DNA of 64,000 nt from a virus (IMGVR_UViG_3300006204_000008:14924-78923), one strand, 5' to 3'; numbered from the stretch's first letter, positions 46,301 to 54,854 are shown. Numbers and translations are program-made. Notes: generated by a model from the letters alone, not told the origin.

Positions 46301-48010
46301 GCGTGGTCTGATATCCCGGGGGCAGACGCAAACGCTTATACACCACCTACCAGTGTCCCGGGAACATACCAGTACCGCTGTGTAGCGGTGAATACCGTGG
46401 GTACCTCCGTCGCTACCAGCTTTTCGGAGACGGCGCAGATCACGGTGACAGCGGCCCAGGTCCCTGTTTTCCTGCATCCGCTGGTCAATGCCACCTACAG
46501 TCTGCTTTCCCTCACCGGGGAGCTGGACGGCACGGCGGAGGTCACGGACGGGGGTACTATCACTTACCGGTGGTTCATGGCAGAGAAGGGACAGTCCTTT
46601 GTGGAAATCCCTGACGCGGTGTATGCTGCCTATCAGCCCAAGTCCATCACGGCAGGGGTATGGCAATACTACGTCATCGCTACTAACACGCTCCATAACT
46701 CCGTACGCAGCGCCACGTCCAATACGGCGGAAATTACTATCATCGACCGGCGGTGGACGGCGGCGGAGAAGATGCGGGACTATCTAAACCAGCTCCGCAC
46801 ACCCTTTGTAAAATTGTGCCGCCTGCGTTTCCTTCAGCCCGACGGGTCCACGGCCTTTGCCCTGGACAACAACCCCTTTAACCGCCGCAGTGGGGCTTTT
46901 ATCGCCGACGGGAGCATTTCATGCAACCTCCAGAACGGCACCCGCCGTACAGCCACGGTGAATCTCTCAAACCTCGATGCCGCCTACGACTACAACCTCA
47001 ACATGGTTTGGTTCGGTCAGGAGATCGCCATCGATGAGGGCCTTGTCCTCTCCAATGGGGAGGACTACTACATCCAGCAGGGAATCTTCTGTGTGGAAAG
47101 CCCAACGGAGACCGTAGAGCCAGGGAACCGGGTGGCCCAATACAATCTTACTGATAAATGGTCCATGCTGGACGGAACGTTGTTTGGCTACCTGGAGGGG
47201 ACGTATGAGGTGAAAGTGAACACCAACATTTTTGAGCCGATTCAAGCGATCTTGTCCTTGGACCGGGGGAATGGGCGGAAAGTAGATGCTGTGCCACCGG
47301 TTTTCACGGAATATTACAACACAAAAACCCAAAAACTTGCGGACGGAACTACAGTCAAGCTAACTGATTCTCCGTATACTCTTCGTGTTGATGGGGAGAG
47401 CGGGTCCTATGGAGACGTGGTTCTGGGGATGGCGGAGATGGTAAATGCCTGGGTCGGCTACGATTCCGCAGGTGCCCTGCGCCTGGACCCATCCCAGGAT
47501 GATATCCTTGACACGGACAAACCCATACTCTGGCGTTTCTCCATGGAGGAGGCACAGTTATTGGGCGCAGCCTACACGGTGAAAAACACGGAAGTCTACA
47601 ATGATTACATCGTGATCGGCGAACAGTTGGATGACAACAGCCAGCCTGCGGGTCGGGCCACCAACTTAGACCCCATGAGCGACACCAATGTACAGACCAT
47701 AGGCCGCAAGACGTTCCGGCAGAGCGCGGCGGGATACGCCACAAAACAGCAATGTGAAGACAGAGCTGTTTGGGAACTGAAACGGTCTGCGGGATTGCAA
47801 AAGGCGGTGTCTATCTCCTGTACGCAGATGTTCCACCTTGAGGAAAACAACCTTGTCACCGTGACCCGGACGGACAAGCCGGGGTCTCCGGTAGAGCGGC
47901 ACCTGATCATGGGCTTTGAGCGGCCCTTGGCAGGCACAGGGGAGATGACCATCACGGCAGTGTCGGTGAATGATTACCCAAACGCCACGGTGACGGGTTG
48001 GCCGGAGTGA
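43358..48010 (+). CDS. Large tail-tip hub/adhesion protein: Gly-rich domain, CBM-like domain, seven Ig-like repeats, C-terminal hub
   Basis: AGGGG..GSGGG Gly-rich N-terminus; NLIPNPSFE; seven P.(I/F)T.QP...Y...L.V.A...YQW units; C-terminal ~420-aa baseplate-hub-like region. Confidence 0.8.
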   Translation: MAYFAATGSEQSFTMPKAGRYYIDVAGAEGAVGNSYSGSYGSVPGKGARLRLLVDLAAGDVLTVIVGKQGKGTNGTAKDGASGGSGGGTFVFKRIASVTNANYQFTKNGVNYEVLAVAAGGGGTGDQSYKSAVSNGANGLGAAYKHPGNYVAWSTQTASLTSSVSLSAPLSISQYIANGAGGAYYTRGSSTGTGGFGMGGATDDNPSCGGGWSGNNTGVYSWAINTSAIGEDGANSGDGYAEITELKTMLTNLIPNPSFETTADWSGLTRSTTYADFGQYSSRLGSTSGTGTYINTVKPTKPPVKGHKYYGRHYLRTTTNVTTADNRFELYAGDGAGLNFVFGNNGGNHPQWDMESKIITLTTLASAASNYSIRNFTVNASNYVYCDGLMLIDLTAAFGAGNEPSKEWCDRVIPFFEGTRAVTVRAKATITRQPVSGSYIINTAASALTVAATGQGTLSYQWQRSSNGSSWTNISGATGTAYTPPTTALGTIYYRCVVTDTLGAPALYPSTALYPGTVLYPMAEGLYDTAATNSTAVTVLVYGAVAPTITTQPVSATYDNSETPVPLTVAASPPANGTLEYQWQNSPNGNTWTNISGATGTSYTPPTSTNGSISYRCVVTNVVQSDRKSTNSNTATITIRGAVAPTISAQPQSSAYGLEDTPAPLSVTASTTQGTLSYQWSVSGDGGITWANIAGATSSTYTPPTDSTGTKQYRVTVTSTVGISTASVVSDPASVTVYAATIPVFTRQPTGATYDHGAEAAPLTAAASAEWGAVLYQWERSEDAGASWSEIPGATAASYMPPTTPGGTVSYRLKATNIVGPTSESAYSDTAVITILSASAPVFAAPLSGAEYDQGDPTTALIGTAASPHGTVTYQWYGRTGSGAFSALTGQTAAAFTPPSAAQGVYQYYVVATNTVGTSTATAQSNTVTITVYGATEPIFTVQPVSADYIENDPAAALTVAATVERGSLAFQWQLSRGTVRAWSDIPGADANAYTPPTSVPGTYQYRCVAVNTVGTSVATSFSETAQITVTAAQVPVFLHPLVNATYSLLSLTGELDGTAEVTDGGTITYRWFMAEKGQSFVEIPDAVYAAYQPKSITAGVWQYYVIATNTLHNSVRSATSNTAEITIIDRRWTAAEKMRDYLNQLRTPFVKLCRLRFLQPDGSTAFALDNNPFNRRSGAFIADGSISCNLQNGTRRTATVNLSNLDAAYDYNLNMVWFGQEIAIDEGLVLSNGEDYYIQQGIFCVESPTETVEPGNRVAQYNLTDKWSMLDGTLFGYLEGTYEVKVNTNIFEPIQAILSLDRGNGRKVDAVPPVFTEYYNTKTQKLADGTTVKLTDSPYTLRVDGESGSYGDVVLGMAEMVNAWVGYDSAGALRLDPSQDDILDTDKPILWRFSMEEAQLLGAAYTVKNTEVYNDYIVIGEQLDDNSQPAGRATNLDPMSDTNVQTIGRKTFRQSAAGYATKQQCEDRAVWELKRSAGLQKAVSISCTQMFHLEENNLVTVTRTDKPGSPVERHLIMGFERPLAGTGEMTITAVSVNDYPNATVTGWPE

Positions 48011-48058
48011 TTTTAGGGCTGTGATACAATGAGAGATAAGATGACAGGAAGGAGAGAT

Positions 48059-48153
48059 ATGACTATGGCGAAATACACAATTACCAGTAAATCCCAACGG
48101 GGGGGGGGTGCCTCCATAACACCCTAGGCACCTTGCACAAGGGGGTGGCGTGA
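48059..48153 (+). promoter_or_regulatory. Poly-G leader uORF switch E (G10, predicted OFF)
   Basis: SD AAGGAG; ATG 48059/48065; G10 48099-108; TAG 48125-27; G9 gives TAA; G8/G11 reads to TGA 48151-53 overlapping ATG 48153. Confidence 0.8.
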
Positions 48154-48839
48154 TGGCTTACGTTGCCCCCAAGTGGAAGAACAGCGGACCGCCCGCCTTG
48201 GACGCTGCCGCGCTGCAAGCGATTTCTGATACATTGGCGAAAGTGCCCATTGAAAATGGTGGGACTGGGGCTACCAGCGCTGCGGCTGCCCTCCATGCAC
48301 TCATCAGTGCAGTCGAAGGAGTGAATGAAACGGGGATCACTTCCAGTTCCCGTATCCCATTTGATGTTTGGCCAGATGGCCCTGCGAAATATATAACAGC
48401 GAATGGACTCGGAAGGTACTTTGCAAGAAATGTTGATGGCCTGATGATGCAGGTTGGTTCCTATGTCGGGACAGGGCTTTATGGAAGTGGTAACCATAAC
48501 ACGCTTACTTTCACCATGTATCCTAAATTTGTTTGGCTGTTTGGGATGTGTAATTCCAGTTATACAAGTGGAATAGGCACCAAACTTAGTCTGATAGGAA
48601 TCAACGACGGGGGAGATAACAACACCATTTATTCGACAGCACCTGGATGGTATGTGTCTGGGTACAAACAAGAACAAGGATTTTGGTATAAATCTTCTTC
48701 TACATATTCATATGGGCGTGAACAAAGTATATCAACCGGAGATGGCAGAGTGAGATCTTTAAGATGGTATAACACACAAAGTGCATCTGCACAGCTTAAT
48801 CAAAGCTCAACGAGGTATATATGGCTTGCTTTGGGCTGA
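48153..48839 (+). CDS. Adhesin/receptor-binding-like paralogue E
   Basis: MAYVAPKWKNSGPPALDAAALQAISD; GSYVGTGLYG..LTFTMYP...WYN..SASAQLNQSSTRYIWLALG. Confidence 0.75.
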   Translation: MAYVAPKWKNSGPPALDAAALQAISDTLAKVPIENGGTGATSAAAALHALISAVEGVNETGITSSSRIPFDVWPDGPAKYITANGLGRYFARNVDGLMMQVGSYVGTGLYGSGNHNTLTFTMYPKFVWLFGMCNSSYTSGIGTKLSLIGINDGGDNNTIYSTAPGWYVSGYKQEQGFWYKSSSTYSYGREQSISTGDGRVRSLRWYNTQSASAQLNQSSTRYIWLALG

Positions 48840-48884
48840 GCTTCGAATCCTGCTACAGATAAATGATTGAGAGGGGGAAAACGT

Positions 48885-49100
48885 ATGAAGAAAACAGAAC
48901 CGATCGGCACCCTGCGCTTCAAAGACGGAACGGACGTTGAAGTGACAGGGGAGAACAACCGCTACTGGCTGTGTCAGTACGGGCAGTTCCGCAAGAACAA
49001 CCCGGCAATCGAAGGCTTCACCCCGCCTTCTAAGAAGCCGAGGCGGAGCGAACCGGACTTTGAAGCGTTAGGGGAGGTGAAGGAAGATGTCAGTCGTTAA
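48885..49100 (+). CDS. Small hypothetical protein
   Basis: SD GAGGGGG; stop overlaps next gene. Confidence 0.7.
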   Translation: MKKTEPIGTLRFKDGTDVEVTGENNRYWLCQYGQFRKNNPAIEGFTPPSKKPRRSEPDFEALGEVKEDVSR

Positions 49101-50400
49101 TGGCGTTTATGAAGCGCCAGACTGGAAGGACGGGCAGCCTCCGGCGATCAGTGCGGAGGAGCTGAGGGCTATAGCTCAAGCTCTTACTGGGCAGGTGGGT
49201 ATTCCTAATCCTGTTTTCTCTGGAAGTATTTCGATGGGGAGATATCCTGGAATTACCGTCGGAGAAAATAGTACTGCACTTGGAAATCAAGTATCTGCAT
49301 CAGGAAAATATTCTCATGCAGAGGGAAAGAATGCTCGTGCGCAAGGCCAATACTCCCACGCAGAGGGAAACTACACTACCGCATCAGGAGAATCATCCCA
49401 TACAGAGGGGGACCGTACCACTGCATCAGGCACAAACTCTCACGCAGAGGGAGACCGAAGCTCAGCGTCAGGAGCCTACAGCCATGCTGAGGGATATGTT
49501 ACAAAATCACAAGCTTTTGCCAGCCATTCAGAGGGAAGTCTAACTATCGCATCGGCTGATTACTCCCATGCTGAAGGGAGAGGCACTACAGCGTCTAACT
49601 ATAGCTCTCATGCGCAGGGAATGTATAATAAACCCATGGAAGGCGGTGGGACTGGTGGCAATCTTGTTGGCGATGCAATGGTTATTGGTAATGGAATGAA
49701 TGAACAAAGCCTTTCCAATGCTTTCCGAATCACTCGATCTGGGGCCGTCTACGGCGTCGGCAGCTTCCACACCAGCGGCGCGGACTATGCCGAATACTTC
49801 GAGTGGGCTGACGGCAACCCCAACGCCGAGGACCGCGTGGGCCGCTTCGTGACGTTGGAAGGGGACAGGCTCAAACTGGCCGGTCCGGGGGACTATCTGC
49901 TGGGCATCGTCTCCGGCAACCCCTGCATCGTCGGCAACGGTGATGAGGACTGGCTTGGCCGCTGGGTCCACGACGAGTTTGATCGTTTTGTGAAGGAGTA
50001 CCTGGAGGAGGATAGGGAACCCCTGGATATCCCCGAGGGCCTGTCCGATGAGGAACGCCTTGCCCTCATCACTGCCCCGGATGTGCGGGAGGAGAACGGA
50101 CAGTATTACCGCATCACCTCCCGGGTGGTGGACTATGAGACGCCTTCCTGGCGGCTGAAAGCGAACCCTGCATATGATCCGTCTCAGCCCTACGTTGAGC
50201 GAAGGGACCGGCAGGAGTGGGACACAGTAGGTATGCTGGGGGTGCTGGCGGTCCGGGATGACGGGACCTGTCAGGTAAACGGCTTCTGTCAGGTGGCAGA
50301 GGGCGGCGTTGCCACGGCGGCGGAAGGATATGTCCCTGGCCTCACGTACCGGGTCATTGACCGGGTGAGTGACAAGGTTGTAAAAGTGGTTTTCCGCTGA
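49087..50400 (+). CDS. Tail fibre/spike with YadA-like SHAEG repeats and Peptidase_G2-type intramolecular chaperone
   Basis: 14-aa SHAEG repeats; ADYAEYFEW.DGNP..EDRVG.FV...EWDTVGMLG.L.VRDDGTC.VNG; N-terminus related to the adhesin family (APDWKDGQPPAISAEEL). Confidence 0.85.
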   Translation: MSVVNGVYEAPDWKDGQPPAISAEELRAIAQALTGQVGIPNPVFSGSISMGRYPGITVGENSTALGNQVSASGKYSHAEGKNARAQGQYSHAEGNYTTASGESSHTEGDRTTASGTNSHAEGDRSSASGAYSHAEGYVTKSQAFASHSEGSLTIASADYSHAEGRGTTASNYSSHAQGMYNKPMEGGGTGGNLVGDAMVIGNGMNEQSLSNAFRITRSGAVYGVGSFHTSGADYAEYFEWADGNPNAEDRVGRFVTLEGDRLKLAGPGDYLLGIVSGNPCIVGNGDEDWLGRWVHDEFDRFVKEYLEEDREPLDIPEGLSDEERLALITAPDVREENGQYYRITSRVVDYETPSWRLKANPAYDPSQPYVERRDRQEWDTVGMLGVLAVRDDGTCQVNGFCQVAEGGVATAAEGYVPGLTYRVIDRVSDKVVKVVFR

Positions 50401-50434
50401 GGGAAACCTTGAAAATTCAAAGGAGGATATCATC

Positions 50435-50638
50435 ATGGAAAAGAACGTATTTTGGCAGAACCGCAAGGCCATCCAGGCTATCTGCAAGCGGGACAATGTG
50501 GATGTGGATGTTGCCACGCGTAAGTTCATCCACGAGGCCAAACTAACCGACTATGGGGATGACTGGGCCGACTGGCAGATGGAATGCCGGAAGTACATGA
50601 AGTCCAAGGACAAGACGCTGGCGGATCTGTTCCGCTAA
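50435..50638 (+). CDS. Small hypothetical protein
   Basis: SD AAGGAGG. Confidence 0.75.
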   Translation: MEKNVFWQNRKAIQAICKRDNVDVDVATRKFIHEAKLTDYGDDWADWQMECRKYMKSKDKTLADLFR

Positions 50639-50655
50639 GGAAAGAGGTGTTAAAT

Positions 50656-50958
50656 ATGAGAATCGACTGGGCAAGGAAATTGACCAGCAGGAAGCTGTGG
50701 ATGGCGCTGGCCGCGTTCATTTCGGGTCTTATCATGGCCTTCGGCGGCGGCGAAAGCATGGCGCAGACGGTGAGTGGTTGCATCCTTCAGGGGGCTGCGG
50801 TGCTTGGGTACTTACTGGCAGAGGGCCTGACAGACGCTTCCTCTGTGGTTCCGGGAGAACCCGACTATGTGAAGCAGGTTCAGGGGACGGGTGTTACCGT
50901 GAGCAAAACCACGTCTATCTGGGACAGCACACAGAGCGGAGGGGATGACGGTGAGTAA
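50656..50958 (+). CDS. Holin
   Basis: MRIDWARKLTSRKLWMALAAF...GYLLAEGLTDA holin signature, two TM helices. Confidence 0.85.
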   Translation: MRIDWARKLTSRKLWMALAAFISGLIMAFGGGESMAQTVSGCILQGAAVLGYLLAEGLTDASSVVPGEPDYVKQVQGTGVTVSKTTSIWDSTQSGGDDGE

Positions 50959-51745
50959 CAGCCCCCTGGTGAACTATACAAAGCTGTCTCCCTACTGTAC
51001 GAAGCCGAGGAACAAGCAGATCAAGGGGATCTCCATCCACACTATGGCAGGCCCCGGGAGCGTGGAGGGCTGCGGACAGGTATTCCAGACTACCAGGGCT
51101 TCCTCCCACTATGGCATTGGGCCGGACGGCAGGATCGGGCAGTACGTGCGGGAGGAGGACCGCGCCTGGTGCTGCAGTCACGCCGTAGACCACAGCGTGG
51201 TGACCATCGAGGTTTCCAGCATCCAGGCATACAAGGAGCCCTACGCCTGTACCGATGAAGCCTATGCGGCGCTGATTGATCTGTGTACGGATATCTGCCG
51301 CCGCAACGGCATCAAGAAGCTGCTCTGGGTGGAGGGCAAGGAGAACTGTCCGGCCTACACAGGGCGGTGGGATGTGTGCAACATGGTCCCGCACCGCTAT
51401 ACCACGGACAAGGGGAAGTCCTGCCCCGGGAACTACCTGTTCGGGCGGTATGGGGATATCGCAGAAAAAGTGAACGACCGGCTGGCAGGACAGATGATCA
51501 ACAAGGAGGATGAACTGGATATGACCATCGACCAGATGATTGAGGAAATGACGCCGGAGCAGGCGTACAAACTGGCCCAGAAGGCGGAGCTGCACGCCAA
51601 GACACTGCCGGAACCGGCGTGGAGCCGGAAAGAGGGCCACTGGCAGCGGGCCGCCGATGCTGGTGTCATGGACGGCACTGCCCCGGAGCGGTACGTCCGC
51701 CGGGATGAGCTGGCGGCGGTGCTGGGCAGGAAATGGCTGATCTGA
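50945..51745 (+). CDS. Endolysin, N-acetylmuramoyl-L-alanine amidase (Amidase_2) with SLH-like tail
   Basis: ISIHTMAG, SSHYGIG, VTIE, PHR, KSCPG motifs. Confidence 0.9.
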   Translation: MTVSNSPLVNYTKLSPYCTKPRNKQIKGISIHTMAGPGSVEGCGQVFQTTRASSHYGIGPDGRIGQYVREEDRAWCCSHAVDHSVVTIEVSSIQAYKEPYACTDEAYAALIDLCTDICRRNGIKKLLWVEGKENCPAYTGRWDVCNMVPHRYTTDKGKSCPGNYLFGRYGDIAEKVNDRLAGQMINKEDELDMTIDQMIEEMTPEQAYKLAQKAELHAKTLPEPAWSRKEGHWQRAADAGVMDGTAPERYVRRDELAAVLGRKWLI

Positions 51746-51748
51746 ATC

Positions 51749-52177
51749 ATGTTGGAATGGATCGGGAATTACCTTGGGGACGCTGCGGCTTTCCTGTTGC
51801 TCGGGTCTGGTCTAATCGAACTCGTCCCCATTCGTATCAATCCGTGGTCTTTCGTGTTCAAGAAGATCGGACACGCAGTCAACGGGGAGGTCATTAGTAA
51901 GGTCAACGACCTTTCGGAGGCTTTGGATAAGCACGTCCAGGCCGATGAGCGGCGGGAGGCAAGAGAAGCCAGAGAAAAAATTCTGCGCTTTTGTGATGAG
52001 ACCCTGGAGGGCAGAAGGCATAGCCAGGAGCACTTCAATGAGGTGCTGGACGATATCACAGAGTACAAGCGATACTGTGATGAGCACCCGGATTTCCCCA
52101 ATGATAAAGCGGTGCTGGCCATCGAGAGGGTGGAGCAGATTTATCGCAAGTGCTTGGAGGAGAACGACTTTCTCTGA
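51749..52177 (+). CDS. Lysis-cassette membrane protein
   Basis: N-terminal TM, I.INPWS motif common in Clostridia phage lysis modules. Confidence 0.7.
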   Translation: MLEWIGNYLGDAAAFLLLGSGLIELVPIRINPWSFVFKKIGHAVNGEVISKVNDLSEALDKHVQADERREAREAREKILRFCDETLEGRRHSQEHFNEVLDDITEYKRYCDEHPDFPNDKAVLAIERVEQIYRKCLEENDFL

Positions 52178-52186
52178 GAGAGATGG

Positions 52187-52218
52187 GGCTGTCGGGGGTA
52201 TAAATCCCTCGGCAGTTC
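52187..52218 (+). terminator. Terminator-like hairpin after lysis cassette
   Basis: GGGCTGTCGGGGG/CCCTCGGCAGTTC pairing. Confidence 0.5.
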
Positions 52219-52224
52219 CGTTGT

Positions 52225-52268
52225 CTTCATAATAGTTCTCCTTCTACAGAGGGAGATATATTGTGAAG
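52225..52268. other. Candidate attP for the serine integrase
   Basis: 44-bp imperfect palindrome CTTCATAATA-GT-TCTCCTTCT-AC-AGAGGGAGA-TA-TATTGTGAAG centred on AC. Confidence 0.6.
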
Positions 52269-52285
52269 TATCAATGGTAAAAAAA

Positions 52286-53626
52286 TTAGCTATTCAAGGT
52301 ATACTCCATGTGCCGATCTGGGTAGATGATGATTTCTTTGATGAGAATCCTCCAAAATTCCTGCTTTCCTTCCCGGGACATACTGCGGTAGGTTGTTTCC
52401 CAGCCCTCGGACAGCAGCCTTTCTGCCTTGTCAAAGTTGGGCCGCTCCTGGGAGGCTGATTCCATGCGGAGGGCATCAATCTTCCCCGTATAGGTTGCCT
52501 GGTCTTTTTTATACTCTTCCAGGCTGATAAGATCGTTAAGATATAGGTCCTTTAGTTTTCCGACCTTGGAGGTGAGGGCGGCAATCTCGCCCTTGTAATC
52601 ACGCTGCTTTTTCTGCTCGTATAGGCGATCCACTGCGACCTTCCATTCTGACATCTTTTCGTTGATGGTTTCCATGAGGAAGGTTTCAACTTTCCGTTCT
52701 AAGAGATTCGTCGTGTTTTGGCATCCGCTGCGGGCCATGTAGTGCGACGTGCAGTTATAAAAAAAGGATTCTTGGTTTGTGTTGACACGCCCGCCCATCC
52801 GCTGCCCGCATTCTCCGCAGATGACCAGGCCAGAGAAGAGATATACTCGATTGTGCTTTGTTTTTCTCACGACGCGCCGCCTCATTCCTTGTATTTTATC
52901 AAATTCCTCCTTGGTGATATAGGGAGGGGTCATGCCGTCAACGTCGAAGTAACGGCCATAGTAAGCAGTGTTGTTCAGGATTTTGTTGGCCTTTTGATAG
53001 CTTAGGTGAAGCCCGTACTGCTCCTCTGTGAGTCTGGACGCTTGGTACAGGGAACCACAGGCTAGGTATTTTCTGAAAAATATCTCGATCGCATCCTTTG
53101 TTGCTGGGTCTTTAATATAGCGTTTTCCCTCGATCTTATACCCAGGGGGACAGGTCCCGGTGAGGGGTTCCAGCTTCTGCCGCTTCCTCTCGTTGACGGC
53201 TTTGATCCGTTCACTGGTGCGGTCGGCTTCGTCTTGCGCCACGCTCAACATGATATTGATTTTAAGCCGGCCGGAGGCGGTGTAGGTGTCATAATCCTCC
53301 TGGATGGTTTTCCAATTTACGTTGTGGGCTTCCAAAATATCCTGGACTTTGTAGTAATCTTTCACGGAACGAAACCAACGGTCCAGCTTTGTGAACACGA
53401 TCATTTCGCCCATCCCTGCACGGACATCATTGAGGAGACGTTGCAGCTCTGGGCGCTTGGAGGCTGGCTTGCGGGCGGACACTCCAGCGTCCGTGTACAC
53501 CCCCACCACCTGGTGGTGGTTTTCTTTTGCCCACTCTTGGAGTGCGGCAGTCTGGGCCTCAATGGATAGGCCGTGAATCACCTGCTCCTCGGTGGAGACA
53601 CGGACATATAAAAAGACTTTTTTCAT
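52286..53626 (-). CDS. Large serine recombinase (integrase)
   Basis: YVRVSTEEQ catalytic Ser, KLDRWFR, recombinase domain, CGECG zinc ribbon, coiled coil. Confidence 0.95.
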   Translation of the reverse strand: MKKVFLYVRVSTEEQVIHGLSIEAQTAALQEWAKENHHQVVGVYTDAGVSARKPASKRPELQRLLNDVRAGMGEMIVFTKLDRWFRSVKDYYKVQDILEAHNVNWKTIQEDYDTYTASGRLKINIMLSVAQDEADRTSERIKAVNERKRQKLEPLTGTCPPGYKIEGKRYIKDPATKDAIEIFFRKYLACGSLYQASRLTEEQYGLHLSYQKANKILNNTAYYGRYFDVDGMTPPYITKEEFDKIQGMRRRVVRKTKHNRVYLFSGLVICGECGQRMGGRVNTNQESFFYNCTSHYMARSGCQNTTNLLERKVETFLMETINEKMSEWKVAVDRLYEQKKQRDYKGEIAALTSKVGKLKDLYLNDLISLEEYKKDQATYTGKIDALRMESASQERPNFDKAERLLSEGWETTYRSMSREGKQEFWRILIKEIIIYPDRHMEYTLNS

Positions 53627-53667
53627 CGGCACCGCCCCTTCTTATCCCGCCTACCTAGGCGGTTTTT

Positions 53668-54192
53668 TTATGCCATTTTTTCGCCGGTTCCATTTGTACT
53701 TGGTGAAGCTGATAACTCTGCCTGGATTTTCTTTTCTTGAAGGACTTCCTGATAAAACGATTCTGCCTCAGCTTTGGCTTCTTCTTCTGGAGTTGGAGCT
53801 GGCGGAGCAAGCATACCCGCCTCCATGGTATCTCGCTCCTTTCTGGCGGCTTCTGCCTCCATGCGGTTCTTCTCTTCGTCAGTTACCAGGCGGACCATAC
53901 GCTGGCCGTGGGCATCCAGTGAATCGTAATCTGCTGCTATCTTCTGTGCTTTTTCCGATAGGCTGGTCACTATCTCCTGCTTTTTGTGAATGAGACATCC
54001 TTCCTGAATGCTTTCGATATCCAAGTCGAGAGCGTTGAAAATTTTGATAATTGTAGCAACGCCAGCGTTTGAAAGGCCGCGCTTGAAAATGGAATCAACC
54101 GTGGAATAAGGAAGATCATTCATCTGCGTAAAAGCCCGAACACTTTTGTACCGGGAGAGGATTTCTTCTTTTAACTGGTTTTCAACGTTCAT
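53668..54192 (-). CDS. CI-like repressor (Xre HTH)
   Basis: YKSVRAFTQMNDLPYSTVDSIFKRG HTH; divergent from cro. Confidence 0.85.
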   Translation of the reverse strand: MNVENQLKEEILSRYKSVRAFTQMNDLPYSTVDSIFKRGLSNAGVATIIKIFNALDLDIESIQEGCLIHKKQEIVTSLSEKAQKIAADYDSLDAHGQRMVRLVTDEEKNRMEAEAARKERDTMEAGMLAPPAPTPEEEAKAEAESFYQEVLQEKKIQAELSASPSTNGTGEKMA

Positions 54193-54251
54193 AGGGGAAT
54201 CCTCCTTTCACCCTGATTCTATCGTGACAGCTCCATAATGTCAAGAATATT

Positions 54252-54340
54252 TTACGCATTTGCGAAAATAAATTCGTATTTCCCCTTGACATTTTCCGAA
54301 ATTTCGTGTACTATTTAGCTAAATTAACGCAATAGCGGAA
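54252..54340. promoter_or_regulatory. Lysis/lysogeny switch: rightward promoter and three operator-like sites
   Basis: TTGACA(54286-91)-17 bp-TACTAT(54309-14); CG-N6-CG sites at 54252-67, 54294-309, 54325-40. Confidence 0.65.
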
Positions 54341-54360
54341 ACAAAGGGAGGATAAGTACG

Positions 54361-54570
54361 ATGAATAACCTTGCTGCGGAAATGACTCGGTTTGGTGTGC
54401 GGTATGTGGACCTGCAAACTTTGCTTTGTTGCACCGATAAAACTGTCCAAAACAAGATCAACGGAAAGACGGAGTTCTCCGTTGGAGAGGCGTTCAAAAT
54501 CAGGGATACCTTCTTCCCTGGTATGCGTCTTGAATACTTATTCAAGAGCGAAACGCAGGACAGCGCGTGA
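54361..54570 (+). CDS. Cro-like HTH protein
   Basis: TDKTVQNKINGKTEFSVGEAFKIRDTFF..LEYLF. Confidence 0.88.
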   Translation: MNNLAAEMTRFGVRYVDLQTLLCCTDKTVQNKINGKTEFSVGEAFKIRDTFFPGMRLEYLFKSETQDSA

Positions 54571-54584
54571 AGGGGGGTGAGAGG

Positions 54585-54854
54585 ATGGAAGCTATTATAC
54601 TCGCAAAAGAAATTACCTGCCTCTTAGAGGGGAGGAGAAAAAAGGAGGTGAGGGGGGATATGACATTGGATGAAATTATTTCCATGATGGACAACGACAA
54701 GCCAGAAGATGTATTAGCGAGCATTCCGCCCGATAAGATGCGTGATATACCCAGTGAAATTTGCAAACTGCTAACAAAGAACGGCCTTTCGTTTCAGCAA
54801 GCAGAATTATTGCTAGCCGTAGCGAAAAGCCGACTTCGAAAAGCAAAGATTTAA
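54585..54854 (+). CDS. Small hypothetical protein (start may be 54660)
   Basis: SDs before both 54585 and 54660. Confidence 0.6.
   Translation: MEAIILAKEITCLLEGRRKKEVRGDMTLDEIISMMDNDKPEDVLASIPPDKMRDIPSEICKLLTKNGLSFQQAELLLAVAKSRLRKAKI

Noticed and set aside
19368-48839. Diversity-generating retroelement acting on the variable adhesin C-termini
   Set aside because: No reverse transcriptase and no template/variable repeat pair differing only at adenines is visible in this window; one outside the window cannot be excluded
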